A stretch of DNA of 64,000 nt from Gnetum montanum (lineage: Eukaryota > Plantae > Gnetophyta). Both the position numbers and the translations under genes were made by a program. Positions within the stretch are counted from its first letter, which is position 1; every line of letters begins with the position of its first letter. The stretch lies in assembly GCA_015680685.1 (NCBI GenBank), contig MNCI01000668.1, forward strand, positions 506,231 through 570,230. Direction: 5' to 3'. The notes under the pieces were generated by a model. It was not told the DNA's origin, searched no databases, and saw only the letters and a program-made list of their open reading frames with translations. This document shows positions 36,011 to 51,600 of this stretch, piece by piece.

Positions 36011-39000
36011 TGATGAGCAATGAGGTACCCCAACACTATACCATAAAGGTCACAAGCATTCACGTGTGACTACATTGTAATCTGTGGATGAACAATATAA
36101 GGATGCTAGGAGTTGATAGTAAGTTCACAATCATTGTCTTCTCACTTTGAGTTAGTGAAGTTTACGCATATGGTTTAACTCTCAATGAGACATATTGATG
36201 TTATTAGGCTTTTAGTGCTCCTCATTGTGAAAATGATTAGAATGAGATTAATATCAAGTCTAAGTGATACAAAAATAGAAATCTAGTCTAGCCTAGAGTG
36301 ATGAATATCTAGCCTCCACTTGCCAAGCACATCATGGGCTCATGTAATTATCACTAGGGTTATCAAGTGGACTTACTACTAAGCAAATCAAGTGAAACCA
36401 TACTAGATTACCAAACAATTACACTTAAACATGCAAAACTAGTTGTACTCATCGTGCTTAACTAATGAACATGGAAAGTAAAGTACTTCGAAAGGTAAAA
36501 CGTTAAGCTAAAGTAAACAAAAAAATTAAGCTAAAGTAATAAAGGAAATGTTGCAATCATGAAAAATAGTCTCAATCTTTATTGTGAAACATGAACCATG
36601 TCCATGTACAATTCACTCAAATAAAGGCTCCAAAAAACTGCTAACCACCACACTATGGGCATTCACTATATCGTTAAGATTATAAAATAAAATTGCAAGA
36701 GACTAGATAAGGATGAAATAAAGTTATTTTTTCTTGTGCATCCAAGTATTAGTATTTATAGGGTTACATAGCTCCCAAGACATCACATTAATGATGACAT
36801 AGCATGAGCTACAATATCATGCTTGCCAAAACTTCAACTCATCATACTCCCACATCTAACTAAAAACTTGTCCTCAAGTTAAAATAAAATGAAGACAAAG
36901 TCCCTTACCAAATTATAAGGTAGATGTAAACTTAACATGACTAACTATACACATGACTCTAAATGCTACATTTATGTTTTCACAAAATAAACACAATTGA
37001 TAATAACAAGACAAAAAAATGAACTAACTCGATGTAGCCTATATGTTCCAAGTAATGGAGGCTCCTCCATTAGCTTCTTCCCTTTGTCATCAAGCTTTTG
37101 GAATTGATATCTATTTAAGAGTGCTTGAAGTCTTTCCTCCTCTATCCTAGGTCATGTACTATCCATGCAAATTTTTTAATGTTCAATGGGGTTGGTACAT
37201 CTCATGGGCATGAAAATTATGGAAACATATTGTTTCCTTTAATGTACCATGCCACAAACTGTTCCATCTCATGGGAATGTTTAATAGAGCAGTTTCTTTT
37301 AGTACATCTCATGGGCATGGCAATTATGAATGTGTCAGCTAGCATTTGTGCATCTCTGGCTCCAAAAATATTGGTCAGTGGAACTACAAAAATATTAAAA
37401 GATTCCTTGATATGATTAGTTATCACTTCTACTACTCCTACTACATCCTAGTGTTGCATGATCATAACTATGGCACCTTCATCAATTTTTAGCATTACTT
37501 AGAAGGATGCAACATTTCTCAATATTTGTTGTGCCTAATCATCCTCTTCTTCTTCCTGCAAAGATACTACCCACTAGTAGGTCCTATGGAAACTGTAGAC
37601 CTTATGGAGCTATCTCTCACTTTGTAAAGGATGGAACCCTCCCTTGCTTTCTAGCTGATGATGTCTCAATTTGTCACAGATGGCTCATGGAAGGTCAATA
37701 GTCTTATGGTAGTAGTGAAGCTTATTATTCAAGCTTATCACCTATAGGTGTTAATCCACTAGACCCTACTTATTTCTATTGTTTGGTACCTAGAATATTA
37801 CCAACATGTGTAAATCTTGGTACTCCCTTAGTGCCTACTAGCTTCTCTAGCTGATCCTTCTTAGGTGACACTACCTTTGACATTTCTGCATAGGATGCAT
37901 TATGGGTTTTTCTTGGAATATCATTTATGTAGCACAAGATCCCCACTTACTTGGATAGCTTCCTAATTAGTCAAGGAAATGGCAGTGTTAATTTCCCTAT
38001 CTACTTCTCCTCAAACCTTCTCTGAATCTCTAGGAAGGTCAAATGGGTGATGTTGGCACTAAAATTTTTTATCAAAATTTCACTTCCTCTAACTACATAG
38101 GTAGAGATCCTATTGAGCCTTTTTTTTTTTGAAATAGATGATAGGTTTCAATCTTGAAGTAAATTTTTCCTTTAGCAGTTAGATCATAGTAGTTCTTGTC
38201 CTTCTTATCATAGGTTCTTTATACCCATAACTTTTTTGCATCAATGTTAGACCTCGTAGATATCTACATGGCCTTGGCTCTAACATTTGAAATATTTAGG
38301 GCCTTTATGATTTTCTCAATAGAATATGATATGAAGAATCCTTTGATTTTCACCATTGGATCATCTTGTTTTTTTTTTTTCCAAAACTGATATACCTCTC
38401 CTAGGTACCATGTTGCATTGCTAGATAATGGTGGCCATAAGATAGAAACTTGAAGTTGTGTCTTGACAGATTCTAGAGAAAACTACATGAATTATGCAAA
38501 TTTTAATTCCACAATGATTGTGGACACTATGAATTTCTCCTGGATGGCTTGGAGGTAGTCTTCAAATAGAATGAGGTGTTGTCCTTGTTCTTGTGCTAGT
38601 GATGCATCTACTTCAACTTCTGCTAACTTTTCAATAGCAAGGGTTTGTTGATGGATGTTAAATGATTAGGCCTCCTACTATGCATGCTTGGCCTATGGGT
38701 TTTGTTCTCATGCTTGTCCTCTTCCTCAATCTCTTAGCCTCTTACTACCAAGCTATGAGGAACCCTCTATTGTAGGTCTCTTTGGAGCCATCTACAATCA
38801 TTAAGGATTCAAGATTATCAAGTAATTCATATAGATTCCTAATGGTTTATAATCCTTTCTCGTATTCTTGGTTCAATCTAGTTTTTATCCTTTTTATTAG
38901 TTATGGTTCTTATCATGATTGCAAAGTTAAAGAAATTTTAAAACCCCTAATTGTTATATCTTTAATTATTATGACCTCTCACAGTTACCATTTTTTTATT

Positions 39001-42000
39001 TTTTATACCATGGAATGGTTTCTTAGGAGAATCAATAAATTTCATTAGCTTTTATTTTATTATTTAATTTAAGATTCTTATAATATTCTTATAGTTACCC
39101 TTTATATTAATTTTTCAACATTACGAAATTTTGGCTCAAAATTCCTTGTCTACGTGCAATATACCACCCCNNNNNNNNNNNNNNNNNNNNNNNNNNNNNN
39201 NNNNNNNNNNNNNNNNNNNNNNNNNNNNNNNNNNNNNNNNNNNNNNNNNNNNNNNNNNNNNNNNNNNNNNNNNNNNNNNNNNNNNNNNNNNNNNNNNNNN
39301 NNNNNNNNNNNNNNNNNNNNNNNNNNNNNNNNNNNNNNNNNNNNNNNNNNNNNNNNNNNNNNNNNNNNNNNNNNNNNNNNNNNNNNNNNNNNNNNNNNNN
39401 NNNNNNNNNNNNNNNNNNNNNNNNNNNNNNNNNNNNNNNNNNNNNNNNNNNNNNNNNNNNNNNNNNNNNNNNNNNNNNNNNNNNNNNNNNNNNNNNNNNN
39501 NNNNNNNNNNNNNNNNNNNNNNNNNNNNNNNNNNNNNNNNNNNNNNNNNNNNNNNNNNNNNNNNNNNNNNNNNNNNNNNNNNNNNAATGACTAAGTTGAG
39601 CACTTTGGAATCAATAGGATTTAAGAAGTATAAAAATTAGAGTTGTGGTGAGGAATTTAGGTAAATGGGAAGTTGAGGCATCAAAGCTCAAAAAAAACTA
39701 CAAAAACTCCCCTTTCTTTAAAATGAAAAATGAAAAAAATAAGTTCGAACTCCTCATGTATATATATAGCTTTTTATATGTATGACATCATTGATGTAAT
39801 ATCATTTCTCTAACATCATAGGTCATATGACATCATAGATATGATGTCATTGCTAAAACATTTTAAACTTTTGCTAATTTTTTATGGAAAAATTGAGTCA
39901 ATCGGATATTTGGAATATATGGAGACTTTCTAAGGAGTCTAGAATCATAGATGATGCTTGGATTACAAACATTTGGCATTCAAAGGTCACAATGAAGGAA
40001 TCTCAAGCAACAAAGGTCAATTAGATATATATGAGATACACTAAGAATTTTTAATATATGGAAAAATTATAAAACTTGTGGGAGGTAAACTTGAGTGCTA
40101 AAGTGTCCTAGGGGCACAAGATAATGTGAAATTGGTTGTCAAGTATGAGGTACAAGATTTATACAAGTGGATCCTTCCCAAAGTAGGCTTCAACCCTTAG
40201 TGCCCTTGTATAACCATGCCTATAAGTGTCCATAGACACTTAAGAAGTTGAATGTAGAACATATCTATCTTGCAAAACATACATGTTAGTATTGCCAGAA
40301 TGGAAAAATAATAGTATATTATAAAAAACCATAGAATTATAATTAAATATACTAGTGAGGTTGAATGGGATTAGAAGGGATTGTAGAAATTGATATGTGA
40401 GCTATCTTACCATAAGTATAATAAATCCTTGTATATAATGTTTGGTTAAAGTGATTATTATCCTTTCTATCCAAGATCCAACTCAAGTCTATACCACTTT
40501 CTAGTGACATTGGGTTGTATCACCCCCAAGACTAACAAACACAAGACCATCATAGTTGCAACAAGCATTACCACTTGGCAATGTAGTTCAAGGAAGGAGT
40601 TTATTAATAGCACACTTATTTTTGAGATTTATGAGAAGCTACATACCTTCAAGCATGGGTAACATATCTTTCCAATGGGACCCTCAAAAATTTTATTTTG
40701 TGTATTTATAATATTTTTACTATGTCAACCTTACTAGAGGACTACCTCCAGGCACAGGTAACATGTCTTTCCAATGACATGATAAGGTAGCACCTATTGT
40801 ACTCATACTTCCATATTTTGTTAGAACTCAAGAAAAATAATAGAATCTTAATAACAAGATAAGGCTCATAGGAATAGTCTCAAAAAATCCACAAAACCCC
40901 TTGATGTCACATCCCTTTTCATTTTCAGTTGGTTCTTCACTTTTCTATCCAGGCATAATGATCACAAGTTTATTTTTGGTTTTATTGTGAAAAGAATATT
41001 ATTATGGCCATGATAAGAATCTCTTATTATTGGAAATGACTAGATGGATGATGTGGTCTAACTGTACATAAAATTATTCCTTCATGATTTGATAATATGG
41101 TGTCATCTTCACCTTATTGGAACTAAATCTTGCTTTATTCCTTTACATCTTGTTGGAAAATTAACAAAAATATGTACAAGACATTATGAAAATCATAGAG
41201 AATGATTAAAAATGAAAAAAATAGAGAAATAATTTGAGAAATATTGAACAATAGAAAATGATTAAGAAATAAAAAAAGTATAAAAGAATAAGAACATATC
41301 AAAGAATGTGAGAAACTAATTAAAAAGAAAAAGATTCAATGTAGTGCCTAAGTCCTACATGGGACACCCCCACAACTATTATTGAAAATAGTCAACCATA
41401 AAATAGAATAGGTTAAGGATGATTTAGTGAGTTTGGTAGAATCCACAAAGAAATTGGGATGTTCATAGTACATTTTGACTTCTTGAATATTGACTAAAAT
41501 AAATTTGTGTGGGTTGGTTGGATGGTAAATCTACATGGCACCTGAGGGATATATTGCATGGATGATGTATGATCCTTCCCATAAGGTTTGGAACTTAGCC
41601 CTCTATGGTACATGACTTTGATTATAATATAGGACTTTATCACATGGTTGGATTGATACATGCCTTATGCATGTTCCGTGCCTATTTTTGGAGTATTTCT
41701 TATGTATTTCATTGCTCATTAGGGCTACAAGTCTATTTTCCTCTAAAAGGTTGAGATTCATGAGATGTTCTTTCTAAGCTAAATTTAGTTCTAGGTCAAT
41801 TTTGTTAGAAATAGCTAATATTTGTAGCTCTACTTAGATTGGTAGTGTAAGCAATTTTCCATAGACTAGCTCATAGGATGAGTATCATATGGGAAGTTTC
41901 CATGTAATCCTATATGCCCATAGAGCATCATTTGATTTAGTGCTCTAATCTTTCCTAAATCAACTAACTATTCTAGTTAATATTCTTGTAATTTCCTAGC

Positions 42001-45000
42001 TAGTCACTTCTGCTTGATCATTTTCTTGGAAATTGTATGGTGTAGTCAGCTTGTCGTTTACTCTAAGTTGTTGCATGAGCTTTTTGAAAGTAGCACCCAT
42101 GAAGTATGTTTCATTATTAGATATGAGCATTTGTAGTACTTAAAACTTATTTATTACATGTTGTTGAAAGAATTTAGTAGTTTTTTTTGCTATAAAATCC
42201 TTGACTATAGCTACTTCTACCCATTTAGTAGAATAATCAACTATCACTATAATATATGATTTCCTATTTGACATAGGTGCAATGAACCTCATGAAATCAA
42301 TCCCCATATTTCAAATGGTTCCAATGGCTAAATTCATTGCTATGTTCTATCATTCCTAGTTGTTATTCCTCTGTCACATTAACATCTTTTACAAAACTGG
42401 ATAAAGTTAGGTGCATTCCAAAATATAATAGGCCAGAAGTAGCCTACTATCATTAGCTTTAATATTTTCCTACACCTTACATAGTGACCATCATATGGTC
42501 TTTCATGCATATCTTGTAGGATTATTTGTTGATTCTCTTTTGGAACACACCATCTTACTAATCCATTAGCACACATCTTGTAAAGATTCCCATTTATTTC
42601 CATATCTCACTTTACTTTATGAAGGAACTACTCTTTCTATTTTCTATTCCACTCAACAAGGAGTTCTTGTGTAAGAAGATAAGTTATACAGTCAGTGATC
42701 CATGACTTCTCTGATAAGTTAATAGCCATTGTTATCTTTGTGAACAAATTCTCATTAGGAAACTAGTCTAATAATGAATATTCTTGCTCTTGCGGTTCCC
42801 ATCTTAACATTGACAAGTGATCTACTATGACATTCTCTATTCCCTTATTGTTGATCATAGTGATGTCAAATTCTTGTAGTATTACAAGCCACCTTATCAC
42901 CCTTGGACTCACCGCTGGTTTATTCATCAAAAATCTTATTCCACTATGGTCCATGTGGACATAAATAAGGTAATTAAGCACATAATGTATGAATTTTTCT
43001 TGCACATACACCATGGCCATAAGCTCCTTTTCCATAATGGTGTAATTAAGTTATTCTCTAATGATGCTTTAACTGGCACAGTGTGTGTACTATAGCCTTT
43101 TTTATCATTAAGCTTTGTCATTACTACATCCAATGCATAATTGGAAGTATTTGTCATTATGTGGAAAGGCTTGGACTAATCCAAAGCTTGAATAATTGGT
43201 GTTTCAATTAGCTTCTATTTTAGTGTCTCAAATGCCTTCTCACATTGTTCCATCCACTAGAATGATGCATCTTTCTTTGTCAATTCTACCAATGGCTTTG
43301 CTATTTTTGAAAAATGTTTGATGAATCTTCTATAATATCTTGTATGACCTTGAAAAATCTAACATCCTTAATGATTTGTGGCCTTCAGGTGATGTTTTGA
43401 ATGACTCTTATCTTATCTAGGTCTACCACTATTCCTTTTTGTGATACCAAATGTGACAATTTTTTCCATCCTTAACAAGGGATAGGACATTACACCTTAT
43501 GTCCCAACATAATCTCACCTTGGACCATTAAATTCTCTTTTGCCAATTGAGCTTCAAATTGGTTTCAACACATATTTTCAATACCTACTCCAAATGATCC
43601 AATGCCTACTTGAAATCTAGGCCATAAGTAGATAAATCATCCATAAATACTTCTATTCCATTACTAATTTACTTTTGTAAGATACTCAATACTAATCTTT
43701 GGAAAGTGGGAGCATTGCATAAGTTGAAGGCATTTACTTGTAGGAAAATGTTGCCTATGGACTAGTGAACATAGTCTTTTCTTGGTCATCCAGTGCAATG
43801 TGGATTTGGTTATACCCATTGTACACATCAAGGAAACTATAAAATTGATGTTCTACTATGGTATCAGGGACCTAGTTAATAAATGTTAAAGGAAAATTGT
43901 CCTTGAATCTTACAAAGTTCAATAATCAAAAATCAATACATATCCTCCACTTGTCACCCTTCTTCAAGACAATGACTAAGGGACTTACCCATTCACTATT
44001 TGCAATGGAATAGATGAATCCTACCTTTAATAGTTTTCTCAATTCTTTTTTTACTACTTTTTTGAGCTTAGGATTAAACCTTCTTTAAGGCTGGTGGTGT
44101 CGCTTGACAACTGGATTTGTGTAAATTCGATGTTGACATATACATGGATCAATGTCTATTATCTCATCATAAGACCAAGCAAATGTTATTGAACACTTCC
44201 AATAATTTTTTCTTTTGGTCTTTATCAAGGTTGTCATTGATGATTATCAATTTTTTATTATTTAAAAAGACATATTCTAGCACTTCTGGTAGGCCTTTTA
44301 CTCTAACTTATTTGACTCAAACTTGTCTAGGATCTCAAGTTGTCCCCATTCAATGTCTTCTTCCTAGTGTAAATGTGCATAGGGGTGTTTTCTTCTTAGT
44401 TATTCTAACTTATCAGTTTCTTCAACATAGGTACTTATGATTTGATTAGTTGGTTCCATGTATATTTTGAATTTCATCTCTTTATTAGTAAACAGTAATT
44501 TGGTACCTTCTTGTTTAGTGTTTGTCGCATATAGACATCATTGCAGATACATTTCCTCTACACATTGATTTCATGTTGTACTAATTCCTTATTTAACAGC
44601 CCAAATTTTTTGCACATAATTACATCCATTATCTTTGTATATGATACATGGAACTTGGCATCTTTGTATAATTCCAGCTTTGTATTCCTTGGAAATCTTC
44701 AAGGATAAATCTCTAATTCCTAGCTTAGCATCCATAGTGCTAAGCCATGCCCTTTCCATTATTATAGGGAATTCTTCCTCCTTTTTTCCCATGCGTATTA
44801 CTAAGAAGTCAATTGATTAGGACCAACCACTGATGGTGGTGATGACATCATCTACCTATCCCAGTGAAACAATAAATGACCAATCCACAAGCTCTAATCA
44901 AATATTACTTTTCCTTAGTGATAGAGCATTCCAAGCTTTGTACATGTCCTATGAAATCATGTTCACTTCTAACCCAAAATCCAATAGAGCTTTGCATGAT

Positions 45001-48000
45001 TTATGACTTGTTATTTGGAGATATATCAAGGGACTTCTTGGATCTACTCTCTTTTGAGGAAGTGTTTCTACCTTAATCCAATGTGTAATAATTTGAGTGA
45101 GCATGACAGAATTCATATTTAGATCAATGGAATATGGAAGCCAAGTATTTCTTGGAGGAGTATGTGTAGATGGGATTGATGTAGATGGAGTTCTCATTAT
45201 TTGAACCTTTTTTGCACTTCTTTGGAGGAAAGAATGTTTCTTGGATTGAGGTTCATTTATCATTATCTCCTCTTGTGTGTTCACTACCCTTATAGCATTC
45301 TTCTATTGTGGTTTTGTTGGTAGTTCCCTTTGCATGATCGATGGTGACACTAGCGATAGAGAATTAGAAGGTTGGGTTGATGAACCAACTACTAGTTAAT
45401 GTGCATAGGGATTGGGATCCATCCTTTGAGTAGTAGGCCTATAATATACCAATTATTAATAATGAGAAGATTTGTGATTTGAAGCATTTCCTAGAGAGAT
45501 TGGACATTGGACATAATATCCATAAGGATTTGGTTGCCTATATGGATATTCCTACCTAAATGTTGGCATTCCCCATGCTTTTGGATGTTGCCACTACTGC
45601 TGGTATTGCTCTTGTGGTTGAGGATAGGCTCTGCTTGGATAATACGATGGTTGAAATAATTCTCTAAGATTATCCTATGGATAAGGTAATCCTCTTGGCA
45701 TCTATTTCTTGAAAAATATTAGATTAAGCATATGTCCTAAACTCTTGTAGGTGGTCCATAATAGGAAAACATCCCTTAGGATGCTCATATTGGCATACTT
45801 TTTATCCTTCATCATCTTCTAAACTAGAGTCTATACTTTCCTCAATTGCAACAACATTTCCCTTATGCTTGTAACTTTCTCTTCCATGACCTCTTCTTTT
45901 CTTCTTTTTCTTATTCTTGTTTCATGCTTACTCAGTCTTTTCCTCTACTATCTTGAGTGCAGTAGCAAATTTCTTATCTACTAAGTCCCACACTTTTTCT
46001 ACCTTCGTTGCCATGTCATTGACTAATTTTTGAATGGGTATATTCTTCTTTTAAATAACATCCTCTAAAGTTTCATCATCTTGTCGATTGTACATTCTAA
46101 GATCTCATTTCCTTGTTGATTTTATTCTTCACCTAATTTCATTTTTTTTAATTCTCCTTCCTCTTTGGTCACTTGGTCTATGAATCTTCAAATTTGATGG
46201 GTTGTCATTTTTGATAATCATCCTTGGGCATATACCCCCAGAGCTTCTCTAGTCCTATTTCTTAACCTATCAATGATATGCCTTAGTTGTTTCCTTTGTA
46301 AAAATCCATTGCTCAAGCATCTATGTAATAAAGAATAATATCTACTCATTGTTACATTAAGGGATTCATGTATTCCTTACTTCCATCCTTAGATTTTTTT
46401 CCTTATATTAGAAAATCTTAAATAGGTTTGATACTTATCATTAAAAAGCTCTAGCATGGTACTCCATCTTCAAATATATTCTAGTTCTAAGGATTTCTAC
46501 CAACTCTTTGCCTCCTTAATTATTGTTCTGGAAAACAACTTTTAACTTCTACTAATCACTTTTAATATTCTAAAGGGCATAGGCATTGTTGAATGGTTGA
46601 AGATGGTGTTGTGGATCTACATTGTATCCACCTTTAAATTTTGGAATGTTATTCATGTCTAGTTACTTGATGCAACTATCCCTTACATGCCTAGTTGGAA
46701 CATACACTACTTTCCTAATATTGATCATACTTTAAGTGGTTAATAGCGATTCTTCATAATCATCAGGTTTGTAAGCTCTATTGTAGTGATGTTCGCTTTA
46801 ATGTTCATAGTGCTCCCTTTCTTCACACCTAATCCTATCTCTTCCTTATTCATACTCATTCTGTTCTTCATCAGGATATCTTCTATGGTATTGATGCCTT
46901 TCATAATCCCTACATCTTTCCCTATCGTAATCTCTAAGTCTTCATTCCCTTCTATTAGTGTCTACTGATGATCCTAAGGAGGAAGAGGAAGCAATTGGAG
47001 AATAGTGCTAGCTAGTTCTCCTTCTATAAGTCTATGATTCACCCCTTTATGCTTCAACAAAATCTCTAAGCCTTGAGCTCTACCTATGTTTAGATTCTCT
47101 ATCTCTCTCTTCTTGGTGTCTCTATAAGGATCGAATGCAATTGTACCTTGACAAGTTCTTCTAGATGAATGATAGGTGTTTATGAATAGCATACATGATT
47201 GTGGTGGAGTTTCTTTGTTAAGAATGCATCATCATTAATTTCCTCTAGGATAACATTGTGATTGACTTTCTTTTCCTTACTATTTTCATGTCTTGTCTCC
47301 ATAGTAGTGTTCCTTCTTATCTATGCTTTTGTGGGTTGATACAACTTAATCATGTGTTTGTTCACATGATACCCTTCTTATGCATGGCCAAGGCTCATCC
47401 CCATTAAGGCTACTTGAAGCATAGAAGATGCTAAAATTTTTTAAGGTAAAATGATGTTGCCCTACAAGTCTCTAAATCTTGGCTACTCATCCTGTTGAAA
47501 GATCAATCTAAAATCAGGATAATAGGGATCATTATGAGCATATGATATCCATGTTTACATAGGAACACTCTAGTCTTCATCATCATATTCCTTTTCATGA
47601 CTCTTTTATGGCTCTTTAGCAAGTGATAAGTTCTCTTTAAGTGTTGAAGCCATGTTGTGTGTTTGACACTTTAGGTATGTGTGTGCTATTAGAATTGATT
47701 AAGAATGTAAAGCATAAATTTTTGGTTCTTGATACAATGAACTCTATAATATCAACTACTTAGCAAACATTGACACATCCCTAGCAATGGCACAATGATG
47801 AGTGGTGATGTACCCCAACACTCTATCATACAAGTCACAAGCATTCATGAGTGACTAGATTGTAATCCATGGATGGACAATGTAAGTATGTTAGGAGTTG
47901 ATAGTAAGTTCATAATTTTTGTCTTCTCACTTTGAGTTAGTGAAGTTTAAATGTATGGTTTAACTCTCAGTGAAGCATATAATCTGTTAATGTTGTTAGG

Positions 48001-48660
48001 ATTTTAGTCCTCTTAGTTATGAACATGATTAGAATGAGATTAAAATCTAGTATAAGTGATATAGAAATAGAAATCTATTTTAGCCTAGAGTGATGAGTAT
48101 CTGATCTTGGCTTGTTAATCACATCTTGGGCTCATGTAATTGTTACTAGGATTATCAAGTGGGTTCACTACTAAGTGAATCAAGTGAAATAACTACTGGG
48201 TTACCAAAAAATTACACTTAAATGTTCAAAACCAATCGTACTCATTCCACTTAACTAATGAACATGGAAAGTAAAGTACTTTGAATGGTAAAGTAAAGAG
48301 GAAAATTAAGCTAGGTAAAATAAAAGAACTAAGGGAATGCTGAAATGATGAAAAATAGTCTCGATATTTATTGTTGAACATGAATCACATCCAAGTACAA
48401 TTCACTTGAATATAGACCTTGAACAATTACTAAATACCACACTGTGGGCATTCACTCTATCGCTAACATTACGAAATAAATTTGTAAGAGTCTAGCTAAA
48501 ATGAAATAAAATTATTATTACTTGTGCACCCAAGTATTAGTATTTATAGGGTTGGACATCTCCCAAGACATTGCATTAATGATGCAATAGCATAAGCTAT
48601 GATATTATAGATACAATATTGTAAATACAATATTGTGCTTTCCAAAAATTTCACTCATCA
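36011..48660 (-). mobile_element. Full-length decayed Athila-like element C (gag, pol, ORF2)
   Basis: LTRs at 47796-48660 and 36011-36844 (TGATGAG...CTCATCA). Perfect TSD ATAAT (36006-36010, 48661-48665). Asp-type PBS TTGTGCCATTGCTAGGG at 47779-47795. pol at about 41450-45100 (RNase H ORF 42763-43035); ORF2 at about 37030-38800. Confidence 0.93.
39171..39585. other. Assembly gap (N run)
   Basis: Run of n characters. Confidence 1.
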
Positions 48661-51600
48661 ATAATATCTAGATTTAGTATTGGAAGGTGATTTATTATTG
48701 TAGTAAACCTGCTTCAACATTAATGTATTTGAAGGTGATTTTAGTATCAAAGCCTAGTTTTATTATTTCTTGGAAATTGGTATAGGATTTTCAAATGACA
48801 CTGAGGAAGAAATAGGTGTAAGCCCTAAATTAGGACATGGAGAGCATGAAGTCCATCTTCCAAATGACGGTTGCTCAATTGGATGAAATTAGCATGAAGG
48901 TAAATAGAAATGCTGATCTTAGTCATATTCAAACTCATGAAGGTAAAGATCATGTTCATTCAGATGAAGGAAGTTTCACAACAAGATGGAGATTGATCAG
49001 TCATGTTTTGTAGGGCCCCAATATCAGAGCCACAATGTTGGGTATCTGATATCAGGGCACAACCTCCAATATCAAGGATCTAATATCATCCCTTCTATGC
49101 TAGCCTATAAATACAACACTTGGATGCAAATTTGGAATATAAATAGATTCATAGATTTTGATATATTTCAAGTTTTGTTAGTTTCCAGTGCATGCTCGCA
49201 ATGTGATGTTAAGTGATTATATGGCATCCTTATTCAAGTGTGATGTACTTGGATACATTACATGTTTGAAAATAAAGATCAAGATTACTCTCATAATTGT
49301 AGCATCCACTTAGCTTTATTATTATTTTTAATTACTTAAATTTCTACTATTTTCCTTAGTTAATGTTGTCATTCATTGCTCTTTGTTATTCTTATCATTA
49401 AGCAGAGTGAGTATGACTAATCGTGAGCACATAAGTGTAACTTCTTGCTAACCCAGCAACATATTGTTTAGTACACCCAGTAATGGTACCCTTAGAAATC
49501 CTAGCGATAGTTACACAAATTCCAAGGCATCTACAAAAGGTTAGGAATGGATACTCATCACACATATACTAGTTAGACTTTGCTTTCCATTATTACTTAT
49601 ATTAAACAATTAATTTCTTTATAATCATTAGGAGTAGCTTAGGGTTGAACAACATCAAGAATCAAATGCCTCACTCTAGACTAAACCATACATGACAAAG
49701 CTACCACTAGTCCAAGTGGGAATATAGTGATCTACGATGAAGGCATAATGATCTAGATGCACAACTAGTCCCATCCACTAAATTCAACTCGATTGTGTGT
49801 GAATTCTTGTGATTTGTATGGTTGGGAATAGGGGTACCTCACCACTCATCATTGCCACCATTTCCAAGGATGGTGCTAGTTATCTAGATTAGTTAAATTA
49901 TACACAATCACTATAAGTGCATTAACAATTTATCTTTCAAAAAATATTAAATCACACAAATACTAAACCAACAACAATGTCTCTTTTACAAGGAAGAAAT
50001 AATGCATTGTATGGTGAGAACATTCATTGGAGAACTTACAAGATATATATTGAAGAAAATTGGAGTGACCAACTTCATGCAAGGGTTTCATATTTTCATG
50101 ATCATCCTAACTACACTCAAGGACTACATTTACCTAAGGCAAAAAATCCTAGAGAAGATGAAGTAAGTCCTAGACTAGGGAAGGCCTCAAGGCATAGGAC
50201 CTCCTCAAAACCTAGAAAAGATAAATCAAGGGACCATGGGAAACACCATAGAAGCTATGGAAATCCTCCCAATTTCTCATCTTCCTCTTCCTCTTCAACA
50301 TCTAGTTCTGATGAAGATGAACATAGGTATAGAGATAAAGCTTCACTATGGAGTCAAAATAAGAGTAGAAATTGAAACCACAAGAAAAATCAAAGACATT
50401 AAAATGAACATAGACAAAATCATCACAACTAGACAAATAGAATTAGGAATTTTCACCATGAAATGTCTAATGATGATGAACACTTATTCGCCACTATGAG
50501 CATGATGTAGATTACAAAGGTAGTTAAAATACCAAATAGGAATCACAAGGAAAGTCACATAAAAAGGCTTGATATGACTAATATTCCTAAATTTTCAAGA
50601 TGTTATGATCTTAATTCACAACATCATTTTCAAACCTTTCATGATGTGTGTGTCTTACAAAACATTGAAAGTGGCTGGAAAAAGCTTAAGCTCTTTCCTA
50701 GGACACTAACAGATAAAGCCAAAGTGTGATATAGATTATTGAAATCAAATTCAATCCATCCATGGTCCACAATTCTAGAAATTTTTAATGAGAAATACCA
50801 AACCTATGCAAGGGTGTCCAACCTAAGGAAACAAATCCAAGAATGGAAGCAAAAACAACATGAACCCTTAGATATGGCCCTATAGAGATACTATTCTCTA
50901 TAGAATAGATGCTCAGGCCATGGTTTCTCTCAAGAAGAGCAACTTTTCCACATCATAGATGTGCTTCATAGTCAAACAAGAGAGACCCTTGGGATGTATG
51001 CTTAATGTGAATTATATGAACTAAGAATCCATCAGATCGAAGAGCTAATTGAGCATGTGGCAAAAGAAGAAGGAGAGCTACATAACTGGAAGAATGTTAA
51101 GAACTATCACTAGGATCCAACTATTCAAAAGAAAACGGTCCACATATATAATCAAGAAAAAGAGATAGCTCTTGATAAGGTAATTTCACAACAAACCTTG
51201 TCAATACAAAAGTCTATCGATGAGCTTGAAGCAAGGTTTGATAAGATGTTGGAATGGATAAATGAGAAAGTTACAACTTTTGTAGCAACTGGAGAGGAGA
51301 GAGTGACGCAAAATAAATTAAGTGATCATAATAAAAGAAGGAAAAAGAACCAAGAAATAGCTAAGAACACTTATCAACAAATAGGGAAAATGGCTAAAGA
51401 AGAAGAGGCTATAGACTCAATCACCGTAGAAGATGATGGATGTGACATCTACATATATGATCATCCAAAGGGCTATTGCCCAGTAATGTTACATCTACAT
51501 GGGTATTGGAATTTTACATTGAATCCCAAGTTTGTACAAAACCAAATGCCCAAGAAATTACCTTTCTCACAAGGTAATTATATATAGTCCTAAAACTAAC

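Noticed and set aside
39131-39640. Long X-containing ORFs
   Set aside because: Artefacts of the N gap.
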